The notes under the pieces are model-generated. The model did no database searches. It had not been told where the DNA came from and saw only the letters and a list, made by a program, of their open reading frames with translations. A DNA stretch of 64,000 nucleotides from an uncultured Prevotellaceae bacterium (GTDB taxonomy: Bacteria > Bacteroidota > Bacteroidia > Bacteroidales > UBA3663): NCBI GenBank assembly GCA_964567855.1, contig CAZMOE010000007.1:32614-96613 (forward strand), in the 5' to 3' direction. Each line of letters opens with the position of its first letter. Within the stretch, counting starts at the first letter, position 1. Made by a program: the position numbers and the translations under genes. Positions 19,596 through 30,010 of the stretch are shown here, piece after piece.

Positions 19596-21275
19596 TTATT
19601 TGTATAGGGCCTCTTCTGTAAATTGTCCGAGTTGGAGGTATTTCTCATAAAGGGCCTGGTAAGCACGGTGATTTTCCGCATTCGGCAGGTATTCTTTGGA
19701 GAATCCAGAGTTCATGGCGGCGATGGCCTCCTCGACTTTAGTATATACGCCGGCCGCTGTAGCCGCAAACATGGCGGCGCCGAGAGCGCAGGCCTGATCG
19801 GTGTTGCAGACCTTGATAGGGAGGTTCACAACGTCGCTCATGGTCTGCATTACGAAAGGCGATTTCAGAGCAATACCGCCGATGCCGATGATGCTGTCAA
19901 TCGTGCATCCTTCGCGACGGAAGCGGTCTACGATAGCCTTGGTGCCGAATGCAGTGGCCTCGACCAGGGCGCGGAAAATCTGCGGAGCGGTGGTGCCGAG
20001 GGTAAAACCGGTGATCGTGCCTTGCAGCAATTGATTGGCATCGGGGGTGCGGCGTCCGTTAACCCAATCTGTTGCAATCATTGTGCTTTCCTCTACGGGT
20101 ACTTTTTCCGCCTCTTTGGTCAGGGCCACGATGATTTTGTCGCAGGCATCGCTGATGACGTTTTGAATTTCCTCTTCGCTGAGTTTTCCGGCAAGTGTGG
20201 AGGGAAGAATGTTCTTGAGGGGGAACTCAAGTACGCGGCGGAACATGGCATATACATCTCCGAATCCTGATTGGCCGGCTTCGAGACCGATCATGCCAGG
20301 GATTACGGAGCCGTCCACCTGACCGCAGATACCTTTGATGAGTTTGTCCCCGACCTCTTTATAGCTGGAAACCATGATGTCGCAGGTGGATGTGCCGATG
20401 ACGCGTACGAGAGTGCGTGGCGTCACAGCTGCGCCTACAGCGCCCATATGGCAGTCGTAAGCACCTCCGGCAACAACGACATTTGTGCTCAGGCCAAGTT
20501 TTTCTGCCCACTCGGGACAGAGTTTCCCGACGGGTTTGTCGGCAGTTTCTGTCTTTTCAAACAGTCGGGCACGGAATCCTGCCAGTTTCGGATCGAGTTT
20601 GACGAGAAATTCTTCAGGAGGAAGACCTCCCCAGCTCTCATGCCACATCGCCTTATGGCCTTCGGCACAACGACTGCGTACGATGTCTTTGGAATGTGTC
20701 ACGCCGGTCAATACAGCAGGCAACCATTCGCAATATTCAACAATGGAATAGGCTTTTTCTGCCACTTTGGGGTCTTCCCGAAGCACGTGGATGGCTTTGG
20801 CCCAAAACCATTCGGCCGAATAAATACCGCCTTCGTATTGAGTGTAATCAATGTCGTTCGCGCGACATTTTTCGTTGATCTCGGCCGCTTCTTTTACGGC
20901 GGTGTGATCTTTCCAGAGCACAAACATCGCATTCGGGTTTTCCGCGAATTCCGGAAGCATTGCCAACGGCGTTCCCGTTTCATCGGTGAATGCAGGTGTC
21001 GATCCGGTGGTGTCGAATGCGATTCCCACAACGTTGGGGGCCACTTCCGGGGCACATTTGCTTAATGCTTCGGTGACGGTTGCCTCAAGCACTTCGAGGT
21101 AATCCTTCGGGTGCTGGCGCCATTGGTTGATTTTCGGATTGCAGTACAATCCTTTCATCCAGCGGGGATAGTATTTGACGGAAGTCGCGAGAATTTCGCC
21201 GGAGATGGCATTTACGATGAGGGCACGTGCCGAATCGCTGCCGTAGTCGAGACCGATTACATATTTATTTCCCAT
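19596..21275 (-). CDS. araB: ribulokinase
   Basis: 559-aa FGGY-family kinase with N-terminus MGNKYVIGLDYGSDSARALIV. Adjacent to araA and araD. Confidence 0.92.
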   Translation of the reverse strand: MGNKYVIGLDYGSDSARALIVNAISGEILATSVKYYPRWMKGLYCNPKINQWRQHPKDYLEVLEATVTEALSKCAPEVAPNVVGIAFDTTGSTPAFTDETGTPLAMLPEFAENPNAMFVLWKDHTAVKEAAEINEKCRANDIDYTQYEGGIYSAEWFWAKAIHVLREDPKVAEKAYSIVEYCEWLPAVLTGVTHSKDIVRSRCAEGHKAMWHESWGGLPPEEFLVKLDPKLAGFRARLFEKTETADKPVGKLCPEWAEKLGLSTNVVVAGGAYDCHMGAVGAAVTPRTLVRVIGTSTCDIMVSSYKEVGDKLIKGICGQVDGSVIPGMIGLEAGQSGFGDVYAMFRRVLEFPLKNILPSTLAGKLSEEEIQNVISDACDKIIVALTKEAEKVPVEESTMIATDWVNGRRTPDANQLLQGTITGFTLGTTAPQIFRALVEATAFGTKAIVDRFRREGCTIDSIIGIGGIALKSPFVMQTMSDVVNLPIKVCNTDQACALGAAMFAATAAGVYTKVEEAIAAMNSGFSKEYLPNAENHRAYQALYEKYLQLGQFTEEALYK

Positions 21276-21476
21276 ATTCTATTTTTTGTTAAGTGTGAAG
21301 TTCTGATGCTGAACGCTTCCGGGTAAAATTCGTTCCCCGATTATAGTATCAGTATCTTGTTTCCAGAATTAGAATCTGGCTTGTTTTATTGTAATAATAA
21401 TTCCTATTGGGAGATTGCCGGTGTCAATAATGTCGGCATTCCTCCCAATAGGAACAGACCTTTTGTGGAGGATGGA

Positions 21477-23018
21477 TTAGCAGAGGGCCTTATTCAACAT
21501 ATAGTACACCTCATTCATGCGGAGCTCTTTCTTGAAGTCGCTGAGGGTAGTGTTTTCGTTGATGTGTACCATTTCAATGCCGGCGATCTCAGCATAGTCT
21601 TCCCAATATTCAGCTGAAAGATCGTAAGAGAAACAGCTGTGGTGGGTTCCGCCTGCCAGAATCCATGCACCTGCACCGATTTCGAAGTTGGGCATCGGAA
21701 TCCAGAGGGCAGAGGCAACCGGAAGCTTCGGAAGTGGTTTGGGTTCAATGCATTTGACGTCATTTACGATGAGACGGAAGCGGTTGCCGAGGTCGACGAC
21801 GGTTGCTGTCACACCGGTTCCTACTTTGGAAGTGAAGACGAGACGTGCGGTCTGGGTCTTGCGTACACCGATGCCGAGGAAGTGAACTTCCAGGCGGGGA
21901 CGGCCGGCTGCGATCATCGGACAGATTTCCAGCATGTGTGACTGAAGAATAGCACTATTTGCACCATCGAAATTCAACGTGTAGTCTTCTAAGAATGAAC
22001 AGCCATTAGGTAGGCCTTGATTCATGACCCAGACTGTGCGGTAGAGAGCAGCAGATTTCCAGTCGCCTTCAGCACCGAAACCGTAGCCTTCGGCCATCAG
22101 TCGCTGAGAAGCAAGACCCGGAATCTGGTCGAACCCGAGACCACTGTTTTCAACATCTACATCGCCGAGATCGTCGAAGTTGGTAGTGAAGCCTTTGGCT
22201 CCTTTTGCCTTCAGAACGGCACGCAGGGTCAATTCGGCCTTAGCCGCATTTCTGATTTTCTTATAGCCGATGCTGTTTTTGTCTTCGAGTTCTGCGTCAT
22301 GGTCATATTCGGCAAAGTAGACTTTGACAAGGGCATCTACGTCTTCGTCTTTGATGTTTTTGAAGTATTCCATCACTTCGCTGAAAGGACAATAGTCGAC
22401 ATGATAGCCCATGCGAACTTCTGCCTCGACTTTGTCACCGTCGGTTACGGCCACATTGTTCATCTGGTCGCCGAAGCGAACAATCAGCATGTCCTGAGCG
22501 TCAGCCCAACCGGCACATACGCGCATCCAGACTGCGATCTTATGCTGGGTCTCCTCGTCCTTCCAATAGCCGACAACGACTTTCCGGCGGATACGCATTC
22601 TGGTGCAGATGTGTCCGAATTCGCGATCTCCGTGAGCCGATTGATTCAGGTTCATGAAGTCCATGTCCATGGTGTCCCACGGAATTTCGGCGTTGTATTG
22701 GGTGTGCAGATGGAGCAAAGGCTTTTTCAGTTGCTGTAAGCCGTGAATCCACATTTTGGCAGGTGAGAATGTGTGCATCCAGGTGATGACGCCGATACAT
22801 TTTTCGTCGTTATTGGCGGCTTTGAAGACGGCTTCCACCTCTTTGGAGGAATTGGCCGTACCTTTATATACAACTTTTACCGGGAGTTTGCCGGAGGCAT
22901 TCAATCCGTTTACCATTTCGGTTGAGTGACCGTCGACTGCAACAACTGCATCCCCACCGTACAGAAGCTGAGCTCCTGTTACAAACCATACTTCGTAATT
23001 TGAAAATGCTTTTTCCAT
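21477..23018 (-). CDS. araA: L-arabinose isomerase
   Basis: About 513 aa from ATG 23018 (the ORF-track start 23033 is TTG). N-terminus YEVWFVTGAQLLYG. Confidence 0.93.
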   Translation of the reverse strand: MEKAFSNYEVWFVTGAQLLYGGDAVVAVDGHSTEMVNGLNASGKLPVKVVYKGTANSSKEVEAVFKAANNDEKCIGVITWMHTFSPAKMWIHGLQQLKKPLLHLHTQYNAEIPWDTMDMDFMNLNQSAHGDREFGHICTRMRIRRKVVVGYWKDEETQHKIAVWMRVCAGWADAQDMLIVRFGDQMNNVAVTDGDKVEAEVRMGYHVDYCPFSEVMEYFKNIKDEDVDALVKVYFAEYDHDAELEDKNSIGYKKIRNAAKAELTLRAVLKAKGAKGFTTNFDDLGDVDVENSGLGFDQIPGLASQRLMAEGYGFGAEGDWKSAALYRTVWVMNQGLPNGCSFLEDYTLNFDGANSAILQSHMLEICPMIAAGRPRLEVHFLGIGVRKTQTARLVFTSKVGTGVTATVVDLGNRFRLIVNDVKCIEPKPLPKLPVASALWIPMPNFEIGAGAWILAGGTHHSCFSYDLSAEYWEDYAEIAGIEMVHINENTTLSDFKKELRMNEVYYMLNKALC

Positions 23019-23048
23019 ATTGATTTCGTTCAAAGTGTTTAATTCGAT

Positions 23049-23744
23049 TTATTTTTTCTTTTGTCCGTAATAGGCATTCGGTCCGTGCTTGCGGTTATAA
23101 TGCTTTTCGACAAGTAAGGGGTTCATTGTGGTGGCCGGATTCAGTGTAAATGAAATATAGGCCATTTTGGCGCATTGTTCCATTACTTTTGCATTATATA
23201 CGGCATTTGCAGGGCTGGTTCCCCAGGAGAACGGGCCGTGGTTCTTTACCAATACGCCGGGGGTATGATCCGGGTTGATGCCTTCGAAGCGTTTTACGAT
23301 GACATTGCCGGTTTCCAGTTCATATTCACCCTCAACCTCTTCACGTGTCATGTCGGCCGTACAGGGAATATCCTTGTAAAAATAATCGGCATGAGTGGTG
23401 CCTATGTTCGGAATGTCTTTACCGGCCTGGGCCCATGCAGTAGCATAAGTGGAGTGGGTATGTACCACGCCTTGGATATTGGGAAATGCCCGATAAAGAA
23501 CTAAATGCGTCGGGGTATCGGATGACGGGTTCAGTTCGCCCTCTACCACTTGGCCGGTTTCAAGGCTTACAACAACCATGTCGGATGCTTTCATGTCGTC
23601 ATAGCTTACACCGCTCGGTTTGATGACTACCAGTCCCTTTTCCCGGTCGATGCCGGAGACGTTGCCCCATGTGAATATCACCAGCCCTTGTTTAACAAGA
23701 TCGAGGTTGGCCTGAAATACTTTTTCTTTGAGTTCTTCTAACAT
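23049..23744 (-). CDS. araD: L-ribulose-5-phosphate 4-epimerase
   Basis: Class II aldolase fold with [15 protein letters not shown]. Start at ATG 23744 ([10 protein letters not shown]). Confidence 0.92.
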   Translation of the reverse strand: MLEELKEKVFQANLDLVKQGLVIFTWGNVSGIDREKGLVVIKPSGVSYDDMKASDMVVVSLETGQVVEGELNPSSDTPTHLVLYRAFPNIQGVVHTHSTYATAWAQAGKDIPNIGTTHADYFYKDIPCTADMTREEVEGEYELETGNVIVKRFEGINPDHTPGVLVKNHGPFSWGTSPANAVYNAKVMEQCAKMAYISFTLNPATTMNPLLVEKHYNRKHGPNAYYGQKKK

Positions 23745-23860
23745 AGGATGAGAATATTTTGCGTTAGACTTTGTATAAATAAACAAATTACTAATTACTT
23801 TATTACTTCGGGTTTTATCGGTAATATGTAATTAGTAATTTGTATTTTTTATGGTGATAT

Positions 23861-25801
23861 TTACCAGAGTACAATATAAAGGATGGCGAGGATGATAATT
23901 ACACCAAGCGCACCCCAGTTAAATGCCTTGTCGGTACGGAAGATTGCAATGTCGATATCGACTGCATTGATATCCTGAACCTTGTCTTTGGCATTGGAAC
24001 GGAGGTAAATGAACAGGACAAGAAGCATAACGGCAAGGAAGAAGATTGCTTCAAAGCCGTAGTTCACCAATGTCTGTGAGAACATGGATGCGATGCCGAC
24101 GATAAAGCAGATCACGGAACCGATGAGCAGAATGTTGGCCCATTTAAGCTGGGTCTTGATCGTATAGTCGTCCAATTTTACGGCGCTGACAGTTTTCTTG
24201 CTGGCAAATGAGAAGCCGAAGAAAAGGATAACGAGGCATACGAATACATAACCCATACGGAGAAGGAACGGAACGTCCGGCAGCATGAATTTGAAGAGAA
24301 TCGAGAATACGAAGGTTCCGATTGCTGCGACAACGGCAGCTGTGCCGGAAGCGCGTTTCCAAAGCAGACCGAGACCGAAGATCACCACGATGCCGGGATA
24401 AACGAATCCGGAATATTCCTGAATAATCTGGAATGCCTGATCAGCTCCGCCCATAATGGGATAAACCGCTAGAAGGGCCAGAACAAGTGCTACGACAGAG
24501 GTGAGACGTCCTACGTTGACAAGACGTTTCTCCGAAGCGGTTTTGTTGATGAACTGCTTGTAGATATCCATGGTGAAGATGGTGGACGTCGAATTGAACA
24601 TCGAGGCCAGCGATGAAATAACAGCCGCAGCCAAAGCCGCAAAAGACAGACCCTTGACAAAGATCGGGGTAAAGTTGCGGATCAGGAACGGATAGGCGTC
24701 ATCGGAGCGATCGATGGATCCGGCAAGTGAGGTACGCAGGGCTTCACAATCGGGGGAGGTCATAATGTAGAATGCACACACACCCGGGATGCAAACGATG
24801 AACGGAATAAGAATTTTAAGGAAGGCAGCAAAGATCATACCCTTTTTAGCCTCCGACAGAGACTTGGCTGCAAGACCTTTCTGGATAATGTACTGATTGA
24901 ATCCCCAATAGCCGAGGTTGGTAAGCCACAAGGCACCCACGATGACTACGATACCGGGAATGTCGAAATAAGGATCGGAAGTGATGCTGGGAATAGCTTC
25001 GTTGCGGGTCACAATCAGATTGAAGTGCTTGTCGCCCGGAATCTCTGCAAGGTCACCCATGATTTTACCGAGAGCTCCCAGTGCACCGCCGTCGATATTC
25101 AGGTCGGATGCGATTACGGAAAGTGCCGCATAGGCTGTAATAAGACCGCCTCCCACCAGGAATGTAACCTGCATGACGTCTGTCCAGGCAACTGATGCAA
25201 GACCACCGTAGATGGAGTATACACCGGCGATGAGGAAAAGAATCAAGATAGTGACCAGAAGCGTCATATCAACATTCATGCCGAGGAATACGCCCGGGAT
25301 AGTCGGCAACCCGAGAATTTGTTTGATTGCCAATGCTCCTAACCACGCCACCGATGTGAGGTTGATGAACACATAGAGGAAGAGCCAGAAGATAGAGAAT
25401 GACAGACCCACTCCCCAGTTATAACGTTCACGAAGGAATTGCGGGATGGTGAAGATCTTCTTTTCGATCATAAGCGGCAGCAGGAATTTTCCGACTACCA
25501 GCAGAGTGGCTGCTGCCATCAGCTCGTATGCTGCCATGGCGATGCCTGAAACATAGGCCGAACCGGACATACCGATAAACTGTTCGGCTGAAATGTTGGC
25601 TGCGATGAGCGAGGCACCCACTGCCCACCATGTCAAAGTGTTACCTGCGAGAAAGTAATCGGTCGACGATTTTTCTTCTCCCTTTTTGCTGCGTGACAGG
25701 AACATGCCCAAGCCAACGAGTAGCACAATGTATGCCGCGACAACGATATAATCTACTGTCGCAAAGCCATTGTTTTGCAATGCTGCTAATAAATCATTCA
25801 T
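23861..25801 (-). CDS. sodium:solute symporter (SSF/SGLT family), probable pentose transporter
   Basis: 646-aa multi-pass protein. Motif DYFLAGNTLTWWAVGASLIAANISAEQFIGMSGSAY. Located inside the ara operon. Confidence 0.85.
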   Translation of the reverse strand: MNDLLAALQNNGFATVDYIVVAAYIVLLVGLGMFLSRSKKGEEKSSTDYFLAGNTLTWWAVGASLIAANISAEQFIGMSGSAYVSGIAMAAYELMAAATLLVVGKFLLPLMIEKKIFTIPQFLRERYNWGVGLSFSIFWLFLYVFINLTSVAWLGALAIKQILGLPTIPGVFLGMNVDMTLLVTILILFLIAGVYSIYGGLASVAWTDVMQVTFLVGGGLITAYAALSVIASDLNIDGGALGALGKIMGDLAEIPGDKHFNLIVTRNEAIPSITSDPYFDIPGIVVIVGALWLTNLGYWGFNQYIIQKGLAAKSLSEAKKGMIFAAFLKILIPFIVCIPGVCAFYIMTSPDCEALRTSLAGSIDRSDDAYPFLIRNFTPIFVKGLSFAALAAAVISSLASMFNSTSTIFTMDIYKQFINKTASEKRLVNVGRLTSVVALVLALLAVYPIMGGADQAFQIIQEYSGFVYPGIVVIFGLGLLWKRASGTAAVVAAIGTFVFSILFKFMLPDVPFLLRMGYVFVCLVILFFGFSFASKKTVSAVKLDDYTIKTQLKWANILLIGSVICFIVGIASMFSQTLVNYGFEAIFFLAVMLLVLFIYLRSNAKDKVQDINAVDIDIAIFRTDKAFNWGALGVIIILAILYIVLW

Positions 25802-25838
25802 GTTTTTTTATTTATTTGTTGAAAAATGTTTTTCGGTA

Positions 25839-26996
25839 TTAGAAATTAGTGAATTTAAAAATACAGTGGCTTGTATAAGTTTCACCGGGACGGAGAACGG
25901 CTGACGGCCACTCCGGTTTATTGGGGGTGTCAGGATATTTCTGTGTTTCGAGACAGATGCCGGTTCTCTGGTTATAGGTGATTCCATGTTTTCCTTGAAC
26001 GGTGCCGTCGAGGAAGTTGCCGGAATAAACCTGGATCCCGGGTTCGTCAGTGTAAACTGTCAGCTGGATGCCGGTTGCGGGACATTTTACAATAGCGACA
26101 GGAGCTTCGATGTCGCCGTTGTTATCAAGTATCCAATTGTGATCATAACCGTTTCCGTTGATGATTTGTTCATCTTCGGCTTTGATGTCCTGGCCGATGC
26201 GTTTGATGGCAGAGAAGTCGAAAGGAGTGCCTGCCGTGGCTGCGATAGCACCGGTAGTGATGTAAGTGCTGTCAATCGGAGTGAAGGAAGAGGAATATAC
26301 CCACAAAGAGTCGTTGCAAATACATTTTGCAGGATCTCCATTCAAGTTGAAATAGGAATGGTTGGTCATGTTAACGACGGTTGCTTTGTCGGTGGTCGCC
26401 GAATAAGCGATGTCGATAGCATTATCATCCGTTAAGGTGTATGTCACGGTGGCGTTGACGTTACCCGGGAAGTTGTTGTCCCCGTCCGGAGAATTTAAAG
26501 ATAAGGTGATACTGTTGTCGGTGATATTCTCGACGGTGTATACCTGGTATTGCCATCCAGAAGGTCCTCCATGCAGGCAGTGGCCGAAGTTATTCTCTGG
26601 AAGAGCTATGGTATCGCCGTCCAGAATGAACTGTGCATGTCCGATGCGGTTGGCATATCGTCCGATGGAGGCCCCGAAGTCGCTGGGGATATTGATATAG
26701 TCATCGATGTTGTCGAATCCTAACACCACATCTTTCAGTTCCCCTTTGTTGTCAGGTACCATGATAGAGACGATACGGCCGCCGAAATTGGTGATACATA
26801 CTTCCATTCCGTTGGCATTGGTGAGCGCATAGAGTGCGGTCGGTTTACCATTGACATCCGAGACAAAATTTTCAAACTCCAAACCGGATTTGGTCGTTGC
26901 GGACTTTGGCGCGGTCGATGTACAGCCGGTGAGGCCGATGCCTCCGATTGCCAAAACTACGCCGGAAACGTGTAATAAAGATTTAAAAGATTTCAT
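25839..26996 (-). CDS. galM: aldose 1-epimerase (mutarotase), lipoprotein-type signal
   Basis: 385 aa with lipobox LTGCTS. Motifs FGGRIVSIMVPD and GICLETQKYPDTPN. Confidence 0.88.
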   Translation of the reverse strand: MKSFKSLLHVSGVVLAIGGIGLTGCTSTAPKSATTKSGLEFENFVSDVNGKPTALYALTNANGMEVCITNFGGRIVSIMVPDNKGELKDVVLGFDNIDDYINIPSDFGASIGRYANRIGHAQFILDGDTIALPENNFGHCLHGGPSGWQYQVYTVENITDNSITLSLNSPDGDNNFPGNVNATVTYTLTDDNAIDIAYSATTDKATVVNMTNHSYFNLNGDPAKCICNDSLWVYSSSFTPIDSTYITTGAIAATAGTPFDFSAIKRIGQDIKAEDEQIINGNGYDHNWILDNNGDIEAPVAIVKCPATGIQLTVYTDEPGIQVYSGNFLDGTVQGKHGITYNQRTGICLETQKYPDTPNKPEWPSAVLRPGETYTSHCIFKFTNF

Positions 26997-27041
26997 TTAG
27001 ATTTGTATTAGTTTATTAAGGTAATACATATAATATGAGCA

Positions 27042-27049
27042 CAAAGATA
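27042..27049 (-). promoter_or_regulatory. -7 box TAtcTTTG for the galM-ara operon
   Basis: caaagata on the plus strand, 46 nt upstream of the galM ATG (26996). Confidence 0.45.
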
Positions 27050-27251
27050 AATACTTCTTTTTGTTTATACCTCTTTAATTTATTTTTTTTACACGAAAAA
27101 TGAAATATTCATCAAAATTGAAAGGATTAGTTTTAAGAATTTATGATTTTGGAAAGCGTTTTTTGAAAAAAGATGAGAAAAAATATTGGCAAGTTGTGGC
27201 CTCCCGCATGAGAAAAAAGGCAATATATTTGTTTATACTTTTATTTCACGT

Positions 27252-27259
27252 TATTTTTG
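27252..27259 (+). promoter_or_regulatory. -7 box TAttTTTG for the CpsB-like gene
   Basis: Lies 22 nt upstream of ATG 27281, embedded in the near-palindrome ttatttttgcaaaaaataa. Confidence 0.4.
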
Positions 27260-27280
27260 CAAAAAATAATTCGGGTAGAA

Positions 27281-28045
27281 ATGTTTGACTTTTTATTTAA
27301 GAAACGGGATCCACTGCCGTTGCCTTATAAACGGGAGCTACATTGTCATATTATTCCGGGGGTAGACGACGGGGTGCGGGAAATGTCGACTTCCGTCCGC
27401 TGTCTGGCGGCATTACATAAATTGGGAGTAGAAGAATTCATCTTTACACCCCATTGTATAGAGGAGCATTTTGAAAATACGGAAGAGACGATCCGCCCGG
27501 TTTTTGAAGATCTGAAAAAGACTTCGTCAGAGGCCGGTCTGTCTCTGCCGATGGACTTTTCTTTCGAGTATAGGCTGGATGCCGGTTTTCTGAAACAGAG
27601 TTCTTGTGGCAAGTATGGCGAGACTACATGCAGGTTACGCCCTTTATATGGTCGTTATCTACTGATAGAAAATTCTTTTATTCAGCCCTTGCATGGTTTG
27701 AAGCAGTTGATTTATCAGTTGCAGTCTGACGGATATTATCTGATTCTGGCCCATCCGGAACGGTACGGCTATTACGCAGGTCATAACGGCCGGTTTTATC
27801 ACGATTTACAGGATCAACAGGTAGAGTTTCAGTGTAACATTCTTTCTTTTACCGGATATTATGGACGAGTAGCCCAGAAAATGGCCTATTGGATGCTTGA
27901 CAACGGGTATGTGAACTTTTTAGGCTCCGATGTGCATGGCATGAAACATATTGAATTGATTACAGATTTTCTGCGGTCAAAAGAATACGAGAAGATATAT
28001 TATCGCCTGACAAATAGTATCGGTAATGATCGGATGGATAAATGA
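27281..28045 (+). CDS. PHP-family protein-tyrosine phosphatase (CpsB/YwqE-like)
   Basis: Metal-site motifs LHCHIIPGVDDGV, ILAHPERYGYY and FLGSDVHG. ATG at 27281 (the ORF-track start 27257 is TTG). Confidence 0.8.
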   Translation: MFDFLFKKRDPLPLPYKRELHCHIIPGVDDGVREMSTSVRCLAALHKLGVEEFIFTPHCIEEHFENTEETIRPVFEDLKKTSSEAGLSLPMDFSFEYRLDAGFLKQSSCGKYGETTCRLRPLYGRYLLIENSFIQPLHGLKQLIYQLQSDGYYLILAHPERYGYYAGHNGRFYHDLQDQQVEFQCNILSFTGYYGRVAQKMAYWMLDNGYVNFLGSDVHGMKHIELITDFLRSKEYEKIYYRLTNSIGNDRMDK

Positions 28046-28051
28046 TCCGTT

Positions 28052-28420
28052 TTATCCTAATGGAGGGTAGAAAGCGTCTTTTATGTGTTCTATTTTCGGG
28101 TTTCCCTGGTTATCTATGATAATGCTGAATATATCGAACCGGTAAGGTAGGTCGATATAGTATTTTTTTATATATACGTCTGTAGCATGGACGATATGCC
28201 TGATTTTTTTATAATCTATAGCATATGCGGGATCTCCCCATTGAAGGGAGCTTCTTGTCTTGACTTCGGCTATGATAAGATGGATTCCGTCTGTGGCCAC
28301 AATATCCAATTCAAGGTGCCTGTATCGCCATCTTGTATGAAGAATCCGGCAGCCTTGCCTGACAAGTTCCCTGCAAGCAAGTTCCTCACCCAGTTTTCCT
28401 AATTCACTGCTACATGACAT
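28052..28420 (-). CDS. YraN/UPF0102 family endonuclease-fold protein
   Basis: 122 aa. GEELACRELVRQGCRILHTRWRYRHLELDIVA...IAEVKTRS. Confidence 0.8.
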   Translation of the reverse strand: MSCSSELGKLGEELACRELVRQGCRILHTRWRYRHLELDIVATDGIHLIIAEVKTRSSLQWGDPAYAIDYKKIRHIVHATDVYIKKYYIDLPYRFDIFSIIIDNQGNPKIEHIKDAFYPPLG

Positions 28421-28432
28421 GGGTAGAATTTT

Positions 28433-29872
28433 TTAGGAAACCGGTGTAAGATTGATCTCTGCTGCCTTTTGATCCAGAAAATGGAGGGCCGCTTCATATT
28501 CGTTGGGTATTACTCCATCCAGAATGGCGTCTTTCAATGCTAATTTCAGGACGCCGACTTCGCGACAGGGCGACAGATTATAGCGACGCATGATTTCCAG
28601 TCCGTCGACCGGTGGTTGCCAATTGCGGATGCGGTCCTTTTCTTCGATTTCCACCAGTTTTTGTCGTACGATCTTGAAATTGTCGAGAAAGCGGCGCACT
28701 TTCTCGGAATTGTGGGAGGTAATGTCTGCCTCGCACAAGGTCATCAGTTCATCTATGTCATCGCCGGCATCGAACAAGAGGCGCCGTACTGCTGAGTCGG
28801 TGATTCCTTCATCCGAGAGGCCTATCGGACGCATGTGGAGCAGGACCATTTTTTCCACATACTTGGCCTCTTTTCCTAATGGCAGTTTCAATCTCCTGAA
28901 AATGGGCAATACCATTTTATAGCCGATGTAATCGTGATTGTGGAACGTCCAACCTATTTTTTCGTTGTAGGCCTTGGCCTTGGCCTTCCCCAGATCATGC
29001 ATTAGAGCGGCCCACCGGAGCCAAAGATTCTGGTTCCCGCTGGCTGCGACATGGTCGAGTACGGTAATCGTGTGATAAAAGTTATCTTTATGTCCATGCC
29101 CGTCGCGGTTTTCTATTCCGCACAAAGCCTGCAGTTCCGGAAAGATAATTTGAAGTAGGCCGCACCGTTGCAGCAACAGCCAGCCGGTCGAAGGTTGTGC
29201 TGTCTGATTGATTTTATTTAGTTCGTCGGCGATTCGTTCGTTGGAGATAATATGTATTCTTTCCCGGTTGCGCGCGATGGCCTCGAAAGTTTCAGGAACG
29301 ATCTTGAAATTAAAGCGGGTTGCGAAACGGATGGCACGCAACATGCGTAGCGGATCGTCGCTGAAGGTGATGTCTGGGTCGCAGGGGGTCCGGATCAGTT
29401 TTTTTTCCAAATCGTTCAGACCGTTGAATGGATCCACGAGTTCGCCGAAGCGATTTTTGTTCAGGCAGATGGCCATGGCGTTGATGGTCAGATCTCTGCG
29501 GTTCTGATCATCTTCCAGCGTTCCGTCTTCTACAACAGGCTTTCGACTGTCATGAGAATATGATTCTTTGCGGGCACCGACAAATTCGACTTCTACGCCA
29601 TGATGTTTGACCTGGGCGGTTCCGAAGTTCTTGAAGACAGTCAGGTTCGTATGGGAACCCAATCGCTTGGCGACGGCCTGGGCTAATTCTATACCGCTGC
29701 CAACCGTAACCACATCGATGTCTTTGGACGGCTGCTGCAGGAAGATGTCTCTGACGTATCCTCCTATGACATAGCATTCTTTACCGAGTCGGTCTGCCTC
29801 TTCAGATATAATTTTGAAAATTGGCAGGTCAAGATGACATATTAACGTGTCTCGTGTTGGAATTGGTATCAT
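28433..29872 (-). CDS. tRNA nucleotidyltransferase / poly(A) polymerase family protein with HD domain
   Basis: Nucleotidyltransferase head IGGYVRDIFLQQPSKDIDVVTVG. HD motif AALMHDLGKAKA. Confidence 0.85.
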   Translation of the reverse strand: MIPIPTRDTLICHLDLPIFKIISEEADRLGKECYVIGGYVRDIFLQQPSKDIDVVTVGSGIELAQAVAKRLGSHTNLTVFKNFGTAQVKHHGVEVEFVGARKESYSHDSRKPVVEDGTLEDDQNRRDLTINAMAICLNKNRFGELVDPFNGLNDLEKKLIRTPCDPDITFSDDPLRMLRAIRFATRFNFKIVPETFEAIARNRERIHIISNERIADELNKINQTAQPSTGWLLLQRCGLLQIIFPELQALCGIENRDGHGHKDNFYHTITVLDHVAASGNQNLWLRWAALMHDLGKAKAKAYNEKIGWTFHNHDYIGYKMVLPIFRRLKLPLGKEAKYVEKMVLLHMRPIGLSDEGITDSAVRRLLFDAGDDIDELMTLCEADITSHNSEKVRRFLDNFKIVRQKLVEIEEKDRIRNWQPPVDGLEIMRRYNLSPCREVGVLKLALKDAILDGVIPNEYEAALHFLDQKAAEINLTPVS

Positions 29873-30010
29873 TTCTTTAATAATTTGTTAAGTTCGTGTT
29901 TTCCGCTATTGTGGAATTATAGGATAATTGCTACCTTTGTAGCGTGTTTTTCATGGTATAAGATTTAAGGTTAGTGAAGATGGTATGCTGTGACAGCAGA
30001 CCATCTTTTT

